Assembly: GCA_905178155.1 (NCBI GenBank)
Contig: CAJINV010000008.1
Span: forward strand, 3,555,292-3,619,291
Source: Amoebophrya sp. A120
Taxonomy: Eukaryota > Protista > Dinoflagellata
DNA length: 64,000 bases
Direction: 5' to 3'
The position numbers and the translations under genes are program-made. Positions 55,401 to 64,000 of the stretch are shown piece after piece; positions within the stretch are counted from its first letter, which is position 1, and each line of letters opens with the position of its first letter. The notes under the pieces are model-generated. The model did no database searches, was not told the origin of the DNA, and saw only the letters and a list, made by a program, of their open reading frames with translations.

Positions 55401-58400
55401 TGACAAGTTGCACTCCGCAGTGTAGTGCAGGTTTGCAAGTGCAGCCGCATCACAGATTCATCTGCTCATCCTGTTCACAGCATCACAAATTCCAATACAC
55501 GATTGGAAATGGCTCTCATGGGGATGCGCATTACAAGTCTTCCTGTCTTTGCAAATCTGCACTACAACTCTGGTGTGGGGACGTTTTTACATAGGATAGA
55601 AAAGCGCACCATGTCGCTGGGACAGGAACGGTATGGATTGCAAATATGTCTGGGTCTGGAAGAGTCGGGACTTGTCATGACCCGTGAGGTCTGTGATACT
55701 GGTGCTAGCATCACAGATTTTTTGAGAGCTTCTTGATGCTAATTACGCATGAAAACAGCGGAACTGTGGAGGGGTACAAGGCTGCACACTGAGTGGTGGG
55801 GTTAAACTGGACTAGAACCGTAAAACTCTCATTCATCATCATCATCATCTAATTACGCATGAAAAATTCCCTCTCCGCGTGCAAAGAACTGACTCCTCTT
55901 GCTGCTCATGCAACACAGATATTTTTAGAATCCGCAGACAGCATTACAAGTTGCATTCTTCCAGACCCAGACATTTTTACATTTGATAAACGGCAGCCGT
56001 ACACGATGTGGTCGGTGCTACTAGCCCTGCACTGCGGAAAAATTCCGGTGATCTCCGCCGGCGGGGGCGTGCTGTTTTCGCAGAAGGGGCAGTTTGCGTT
56101 GCGAGAAAAAATCGAGCAGTGCTTCTCTTGCTTAGAAAACGACGTTGAAGTTATAAATGACGAAATGCAGGAGCAGGAGAATTATCCAGAACATCAAGCA
56201 GCACAAAGAACATCTTCGAAGAAGAACTTCTACAACCAGATGAAAAAGAGCAAGCGAAGACCACAAATTCTGCGCCCGCAGGTGAAGATCATCGGCGTGC
56301 TGCCGGAAGACGTCAAGGTGGAGGGCCGGAAAAATAAAAGTGCCGAGTCAGCCTACGAAAACACGAAGCTGGTCGAACAAACCGTCAAGTACCGAGTCGC
56401 GGAGGACATTTGGCCCCTCCCCCCGAACTTCAACACGGTGGACCAGTTTGCAAAGATGATCAGTGGGAAGTCGCGGAAGAATGAGCAATTTGCCGAAAAA
56501 CTGGAAAACGTCGCCGATGTGGTTTTCCGCTTTCCAAGAGTCGGGCCGGGGATGCGGTTGACTTGTGCTCATAGTTCCTCTTGTCCTGCTGCAGATGTAG
56601 TTCTTGCAGCGGTGGACGGGCGATTTGAAGCGAATGAAAAAGAAAATAAACCGAGTGGTCGTCGTGTTTTCAGCAAAGAAGAAGATTTAGTTGTTGTTGG
56701 CCCTTCTGGCAGCCACCAAATAATAAATGATATCAACAAGTCCGAACAGTCGTGGGAAGAGCGATTTGGCGTTGCTCCGGCGTGGGGCGCGCCACCTGCA
56801 AAGCCGGATGTCGTGCCGCAGGTTGGTTTGATGGTGGAGAAGGAGAACGGAAGTAATGATCGTGCAAATAAAGCGATGAACCTCGGCACGACCAACGCCT
56901 CCGCCCAAGCTCATGCAGAAGGAACATCAAAGGCTGAAGATCGTAGCGCTGTCAACTCGTTGAACATCCGAAACCTGTTCGAGCAAATACATTCCGCTAT
57001 CGAAGTGGATTCAGCCAACCTGAAGAAATTTTTCGGCAAGATGCGTCTGACGCAAACGAGACAGCTAATTCAGCTCCCCGCGGGCGGAGATAAGAACACC
57101 CTGACCGGGCACATGACGCTGCGGTTCGGTCCAGTGGAGGTTGCGTTTTCCGCTGCACCATCGCACGATGGTGACCTGACGAGAAAGAACGTCGAGTACA
57201 ACCAGCAAATAAATGAGCTGAACATGATCCCCGCGGCGGCTCCAAGCAGCGGTGGCACGAGAAGTACAACCTCCAAATACGCGGAGACAATCGACTTCGT
57301 GCGCTCGCTATATTTTTCCACAGGTCAAGTGCAAGATGATGCGAAGAAAGAAGAAAAACTAAAACACGAGCGATCAGTGGCCACTACGGCTTCATCTTCA
57401 TCTTGCAACAATCTTCTCGGCATCCGCATCACAGCCAAGCCATTGGTGAAGAGCGCCAGCGGCTCGGGAAAGAAGAAGGACCAAGGTGGAAGCAACGTGG
57501 TGTCTTGTGTCGCGATTCCTTCGAGCCCGTCTCAGTGGAAAGCGTGTTGGGGCGAGATTACTTCGGAAAAAAAGAAGTTCCTGAACCTGTTTGACGAAGC
57601 TGCAGTAGAGCTGCAAGAAGGGCGGCGGAGTGTACAACTAGTCGTGCAGCAAGAACGTGCAGCTCGATCTTCGCCCGTAGTACAAGAAGAACCATCTCCA
57701 CCGGTGGAGAATTATCCGAGGCCGCGCACACGCACTAGCTCCACGACCGCGGACGAGAAATTGCGGTCGTTTCTCGGCACAATTTCGACCGTGGTGTCCT
57801 CCCGACTCTGCAGCTGCAGCCCCGTACTTTCCCGGGGGACGTGCAATGCTGCTCCTGCTGCTGCGCAGTTGTCCGGTACAACTTCTTTCGGAGCTCCGAG
57901 GGGTGCTGCTGCGACTTCCACCTCCAGAAGTGCCATTTCGACCACAATTGTTCCTGTTGTTCCACCTCCACCACCGCAAATAAACGAGGAACTACCGTCC
58001 ATCCACTCCACTCCGCAAAACAAGGCCGCGCCGAGTCGTGGTGGAGCTGGTCCTGCAAGTGCAATCAACAACACGAAAATAATAAATTCGCCCGATTCTA
58101 TTCAACCAGGAACTACAGGCAATCTCGAGAAAGCCGCCAGTGTCTGCACGGAATGGGACTTCAGCCCGCCGAAAGCGGTGGACCCGGCGAGGAAAGTGTT
58201 TGCGTCCCAAACAGCACGAGAAGCAGCCTCTGCTTCAGTGACGGGGCACGGAGCAGATCATCTTGTGCAGGGAACTCCCGACGTGAAGATGAATACGACT
58301 GGTGCTGGTAACGGCACCGAAGTAGAAGAGCAACAGAAGATGTTGCTGGAAAAGCTTTTTGACGTGGATCATTTGAATTACCGACGCGACGACGCAGTAT

Positions 58401-58822
58401 TCTCGTCCGGAGTGGACCCGTCTCCCAAGCAGAAGCAGAATGATGTTCATGCCCAACAAGGTGATGATGTTTTGGCGCTTACCACCGCTTTTGACACGGA
58501 AAGCGATGCCGAGGAACAGGATAGGTCACCGCGCCAAAAGCAAAACACTGCCAAAATAATCCACAACAACTACGCCGCTGCTGACAAAGACAAGGACCGC
58601 GACCAGCAAGAGGCTCCGCTGGCTCTGCACGTCACAATAAACAGTGGTCGGCACATGGCCAAGGAAATGCGTACGCTGACCGGCGCTTTTCTCGCGGGGA
58701 AGAAAACGGTCTGGCTCCCGCTGGGCAATGGACAGGGCGAAATTGAGTACGACTTGCGACCGGGCTTTCTCGAGAAGCAGCTCGTGGATTTGCAAGTGCT
58801 GGGGGTGTTTGGACTTCCGTAG
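52471..58822 (+). CDS. Trl1-type trifunctional RNA ligase / polynucleotide kinase / 2',3'-cyclic phosphodiesterase (~1,787 aa); exons 52471-54724, 55067-55319, 55604-55631, 55994-58822
   Basis: Ligase motifs in order: GFYPKFDN, RKWSGFL (I), SKNS (Ia), CAES (III), EGLVL (IV), KYKF (V); P-loop APIGYGKSS plus HIDGD; two HxT motifs (GHMTL, LHVTI); three introners removed in frame (5364 nt). Confidence 0.8.
54725..55061. mobile_element. Introner, family C
   Basis: TIR, exact TSD GAACG. Confidence 0.92.
55320..55598. mobile_element. Introner, family B
   Basis: TIR, exact TSD GAAAA. Confidence 0.92.
55632..55988. mobile_element. Introner, family A, inverted, with a secondary 93-bp insertion
   Basis: TIR, exact TSD AACGG; internal 17-bp duplication flanks 55756-55848. 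Confidence 0.9.
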
Positions 58823-59521
58823 GAGAGCTAGACGACCAAGAATTTCATTATAGAATCAAAGTGATGACTTTTGTTGAGTAGTGCGAGTAAGTACCTCTAC
58901 CTGCCACGATCCCGTTCTTTGATTTCATTTTTATTTGCTCGACTGTGGACAAAATGAATGGCGACAAACTTCTGCAGGGCATAATGCATTGACGCGATAA
59001 AAATCTTTTGCTTTCCCTTTATTCCCACCACCACGACGACTTGCAAGCCGCATTGCGTTGAATTTTGGTACGGGAATAGATTACTCTTTCATGATTTTGG
59101 GGATTCCGCCGCTGTTCCAATTTGGTGCACAAGTCCACCTTTCACTTTTAAACACAGCTGAGCAGTTGTCGGTTGTCCTCCGTCGCCGTCGGCGCTGTAT
59201 TGGCAAAGACTGGAGTTCGGCTTCCAATGCTGACTCTTGCCTGATGGGACCGCCAAGTACTTATAGTACTTATTCGTTGCACGGTATGCGTACGTAAGAA
59301 TTGAATTGCAGTATTCTTATTGAACATCATCCGTCGCTCTCGCTGCCGTAGTTTCTTATCCTCGGTCGTCGAGAAAGCTGCAATGAGATCACGACTTTCA
59401 ACATCTGCTGCACCTCGTGCTTTGTTTTGCTTTTCCAACCTATTCTTGAGTGACCCGCCGGTCATCTGTTCGAGGAATTGAGGTCACGGCTTCATCTGTG
59501 TCACATTATTCGTAGACGATC

Positions 59522-60560
59522 ATGCAAAAGACGATCCATGATCCGGGCGACGTTGTCGTCTGGGACAAGGCTTATCCGCGACAGGACAAGAAAATCAGCC
59601 CGGAAAGTGAAGATAAGGAGAAAAGCAAAGGAGAAATTATAACCGGACGTAAAAGTAAAACCGGATGTAATCACAACGACGATCGGGGACGGGACGATGA
59701 GCACGCAGAAGAAGAGGAGCTACCACGCCGAGAGGCCACCTCCGCTGGTGGTGCCAAATTCGACGAGGAAAAGGACAACAAGAATGCGACCAACGACCCC
59801 GCTAAAGCCCCGACCCTGACTCAGTTGAAACACGAGCTCGCCTGTGGCCGGCTCGGGGAGCAGATTTTGGAGCAGAAAGTCGCGGGGGCCGACGCTTTCG
59901 CGATACTCATTGGCTTTCTCCTGGCTTTCGTCGTGGAAAAGTTGCTTAGTTTGAACCCCTCGGATTTCCAAAACCACTTGTGGTTCAAGGTCTACACCTC
60001 CATGCTCGGGATCGCCTCCGCCTGTGGCTTCTCCTGCGTCTTGGCGCTCACGTTCCTCGGCGCGAAAATTCGAAGGTTGTCGGGGCGGAGTCTCTACCTC
60101 TTCGGCAGCAGTGACGAGGACGTCGACGCGCTGGCGGCCGCGGTAGGGGAACCGGAAATCACGAAACGGGTGCTGAGTGTGCGAAAGGCCAACGCGCAGA
60201 CGTCGGGCACCTCCGAAAGGTCGACCCAGGGGAAGCTGGCGTTACACGCACGAACGTGGTACTACGCAAACGCAAAGGTCTCGACCAAATGGAAATGGTA
60301 TTCGGATGTTACAAAAAATACGTTCCTACTTCGACCGCCTTTCCTGCTTCTGCCCTCCGCACAGACTCTACGCGAACGTGTTCCCGCTGTTTCAAATCAT
60401 GCTGATCTGCTTTCTCGGGGCGATATGCGTGAAGCAAATTGACGCGCTCGAGCAAGATCACGCGTGGCTGGCGCACCTGAACAACCTGGTGACCTGTATC
60501 GGGCCCATGGTCATGTATTTCTTTCTGTGCCGGTGCGGAGCTACCGAAGACTTGTCGTAA
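59522..60560 (+). CDS. Putative 4-TM membrane protein; the C-terminal TM part lies in another frame (possible 43-nt intron 60322-60364)
   Basis: Two hydrophobic helices in ORF 59522-60442 and two more in the frame ending at 60560; junction uncertain. Confidence 0.55.
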
Positions 60561-61524
60561 CGCTTAGAGCCGTCTCGATGCCTGGATATAGACGGAGAAC
60601 AGAAGAGAACGGTCTAGCGAATGCAAATACTAAAAATAGATACATATTGTAGAGTGCACACATAGACATAGCGTTCGTGTGTACGTGTCAGTGGCAGCGC
60701 AGGAGACCGAACCCCAGCTATGCCGACAGAAGGTGCGGAGGAACTTTCAGGGGGATTTTTTTTCCTTCTGTTCAACGTTGCCTTGCGAGTGATAAAGCGT
60801 TATTGTAAGTATAAGTACGCTTGTTCTCCGTTTACGCATTTTCTGCTCTCCCAGTGCCGTGGCCGTCTCGTCCTGTTTTTTGTTCTGTGCACCACCTCCT
60901 TCGTTTTTTCATTCAAAGTCGTCCAGGTTTCTCTCCGTATCTCTGTGTATGAAGATGCGATGTCGTACAAGTTATATTTTTGGCCAACAGATTCCTTTGT
61001 CGTCCAATTTCGTCCTTTTGTTGAGGCCGGGCCTCTGCGTTTTTTTCGTGCCAACAGTGACGCTGGAACGACCGCGTATTCATCTTGCTCTCGGTTGAAA
61101 GTATCGTTTTTTACATTTTTTCTTTGAAGGCTCTTCAAGCAAATATCGGCAAAACATGTTCGCGCGTGAAAATGGAAAGTCAGATGACATTATACTTTTC
61201 CCCGAGTGCATTTAGATGATACTGATAGTAGACGATAGCCCGCCCCCAAGCAAAACAAAAATAAAAGGCTACTAGGGTTTTCGCATCTACTACTACTACT
61301 TCAAGCAAAAATTTTTGTCCCCCCATCCTAAAGTCGTTCCTGTACTAACAAACCTAAAAAGTAGTTTAGTTCAGTACAGTAGAAAGAGAAACCATTTGTT
61401 TCCAACGAACCTATTCCTAGCGTTGGAACATAAAACAAGAATAACTTTTCGAACCCTGCCGAAAAATTGGCATTGAGTTGCCCCGTCGCTGTAGTTGCCT
61501 GGAACCATCACACCATCCTCGACA

Positions 61525-63837
61525 ATGAACCGGCCGGTGCGCGGTAGTTCTTCTGCCGCCGCTCCAAAAACCACCCCGCGGGGAAAGGCAACGGCGAAGA
61601 AGGGAGCCAACAGTCCCGCGGGAGGGGTAAAGGCGGGTGGTCCATCCGCGTCACGGGGTAACAAGGCAGGGACATCACAACCGGCAGGATCAGCCACGTC
61701 CATTGTTCTTCCAGGAACTTCTACTTCGCCACTCAGTGAGGAGGAAGAAAAAGCAGTGCTAAACTTTTCGCAAGCGCTTATCCGGCAGTTCGGCGCAAAC
61801 GAAGAGATTTTCACGCCGCAGCTCTTCGAGCGCGTTTGGCTCGACCTGGATCCCGCACGGCAAGAGGAGGTTTCGGTCGAGGAAAGGCTGCTGCCGTGGT
61901 AAAATACTCATAAGGAATGGTTTTGGTTTTCGTTATTTTCAGCGAGTAAGTATCTACTTCTGGTGACTTTGTTCAGTTCGCTACGTCGCTACAGTGCGAT
62001 TTTTCAAACTTTTTCCCTCTGGGATTTTCTTTTTAATATGATAATGTTTCTGGCTCGAGCTGGTGATATGTAATGTAGATGTTGAGTAAGTTCGTTGTCA
62101 GCAATTCATCAGAATCATCCGCACCATCTAAAACAGGCTGTCCGATCGTTTGGGTTTGTCCACGAGCGAGAGCAAGGCCGTGGTCTCCACCGCGTTTACG
62201 GCAATAAACACGGAGAATAAAGTGCAGAAGTCCCGCTTCCTAGAGGTCGTGCCGAAGCGCGTGGCGTTGAGAAAAAGTGGCGCAGCTGCAACCGGTTTTG
62301 TAGGTGCGCAGCCGCTGTCTTCTTCGGCCGGCACAGCAACGCAAGACCCGGCAAATCTTGTTTCGTCAACGAACCACTACCAAGAGCCGCCGGCTGCGAC
62401 GAGCTCCTCTGTGGTCGTCTCCTCGCCAACTAAGCCCAATACAACGACCCGCCCCGCCAGCGGCACGACCAGTCGAGCGTCACGAGGATCCGTGAGCAAC
62501 AAACCCGGAGCAGGACTACAGGCCCCTGGTGGTAGCAACAAGCTTCTTTCGTCACCCACGGGGAAACTACCCAACAAGGCAACCGCGGGAGCCGCCGGCG
62601 GTCCACTGCTCCCGAATACTAGCACAAGCACGACAGGAGCACAAGCGCCTCCCGGCTCTACAAGCCTGGCTGGCGTGGGATCATCAGCGGGGCAACAAGC
62701 CGGTGTGGGATCATCAGCGGAGCAACAAGCCGCAGTGAATATCACCAGTACACCGGGAGCCGACCCGGCACACCAACTCGATTCTAAGGCCAACTTGTCA
62801 TCCTCGACCTCAATCCCAACACAGCTGCCCACTTTGCTGGAGAACCAAAACTCCCTGCGAGTCGGCGCACCAGGTGGAGAGCCGCTGCTTAGCATGTCGA
62901 ACAGCATAAATTACTACACCGGGGGCGCGACGGGCGGGGACCAGAATAGTATGAAGGACTACAAATCTGCCACAGGAGCAGGAGATCAACACCACAATAA
63001 CGTGGTTATCGCCGAGGAGTTGGAGAAAATGACCTCCGTAAGCAAAATGTTCGAACAGTCGCAGAAAAAGATCCTGGACGAACTCGTCTCCATGCGAAAG
63101 GAAACGGAAAAAGCAAAGATGAGGAACTTCGACATCAGTACTATGATGATTTTTTTTACGAGGAACTCGAACTTTTGGTTCACTTTTTCAATACTCCACT
63201 ATTTTTTTCTGCCGCCGGTTGTGGTCCTGGTCTGATGTTAACCCAGATAGAACAATACAATGGACCTCTCGTCTGTGTCGGAGGGCGGGGCCAGCCTCTG
63301 TTCTGAGGTCACTTTTGAATTCTCTATAACTATAGTATCTTTCTGCATGATCGCGAAGAGAACGAGGCTCAGGTGCATACCTGAAGATGCTTAGTACGAC
63401 GTTCACGACATCGGAGTTAGTGTTATAATCAACGCCAAAATTTATTAACACACAAACAAAATTTTTTCTCTTCAGGCGCCAAACTCCGGGACGTGTTGAC
63501 GGCGTTAGATCAGAGCAACCAGTCCAACCCTGCCTCGTTATCTGGGACCAACAAGGGCGCAGGGACAACAGGCGCAGCAGGTGTTCCCTCCACGAATAGC
63601 AACCCTCCCTATTCCGCGCGACTGCCGGTTCCCCCGCTCAACAACAATGCGGGAGGTGGTAATATTACAGCCGCAAACAAGCAGACGACTCCCCGGGAGC
63701 AACCGCAATTGGGGGTTAGCAACAGCAAAGATCCCATGAGCGGGACCATGACCAGTGCGCGGACCGACATAACGCAGTTGAACTCCCGAGACAAACTCTC
63801 CACGTCCGCAGAGCGTATAGAAATAATTCATAAATAG
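61525..63837 (+). CDS. Low-complexity protein with a degenerate EF-hand-like segment and a coiled coil (~578 aa); exons 61525-61898, 62137-63137, 63476-63837
   Basis: Two GT-AG introns join three ORFs in frame (1737 nt). Confidence 0.65.
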
Positions 63838-64000
63838 AATAAATGCATGCCCGGGCAGTAGCAGGCTAGCGAGCCTGTGAGCCTAGGCTGAGGCTGGACG
63901 GGCGATATTTTATGTTTGTCCGAGCCTCGCCCTTTTCCGGTAGCCGGGACCTGATGACTGTGAGGGCGAGCCTCTTCCCGTTCTGGGTTGAAGTTTATTT

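Noticed and set aside
2844-55988. Recurring peptides in the ORF track (YQMQKCLGLE, KCKSVWVWK, PDPDIFAFD, GVGTFLLRI) as a repeated protein domain
   Set aside because: They are translations of introner TIRs in different frames, not coding sequence
1-64000. Prokaryotic or viral origin of the window
   Set aside because: GT-AG introns and eukaryote-specific genes (SURF6, PFDN6, MPC1/2, CCDC153-like) indicate a nuclear genome

Overview
Eukaryotic nuclear DNA. All reconstructed host genes lie on the + strand and are dense in non-canonical introns, which fits a Syndiniales dinoflagellate such as Amoebophrya (inferred from architecture, not from a search). I find 44 MITE-like introner elements, mostly 155-357 bp, in at least 10 TIR families. 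Nearly all read TAT...ATA and are flanked by a 5-bp direct repeat. They sit in either orientation, share an internal TGTNATGC/GCATNACA motif, and restore open frames when removed together with one repeat copy. Removing them by hand gives these genes: SURF6/Rrp14 (3' end), a rhomboid protease, a large unknown gene (8679-28591), prefoldin 6, an intronless unknown gene, CCDC153-like, a DegT-family aminotransferase, a DUF202 protein, adjacent MPC1 and MPC2, a small membrane protein, a ~1,790-aa Trl1-type RNA ligase-kinase-cyclic phosphodiesterase, a 4-TM protein and a low-complexity protein. The large unknown gene is split by a 14,281-bp Mutator/Foldback-like transposon (9815-24095, perfect 9-bp TSD) that appears able to be spliced out as a giant intron. 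That transposon encodes one apparently intact ~1,900-aa, 12-exon transposase (AT-hook, Zn finger, DDE, SWIM) that itself contains 8 introners. All gene models were built by eye and need RNA-seq.
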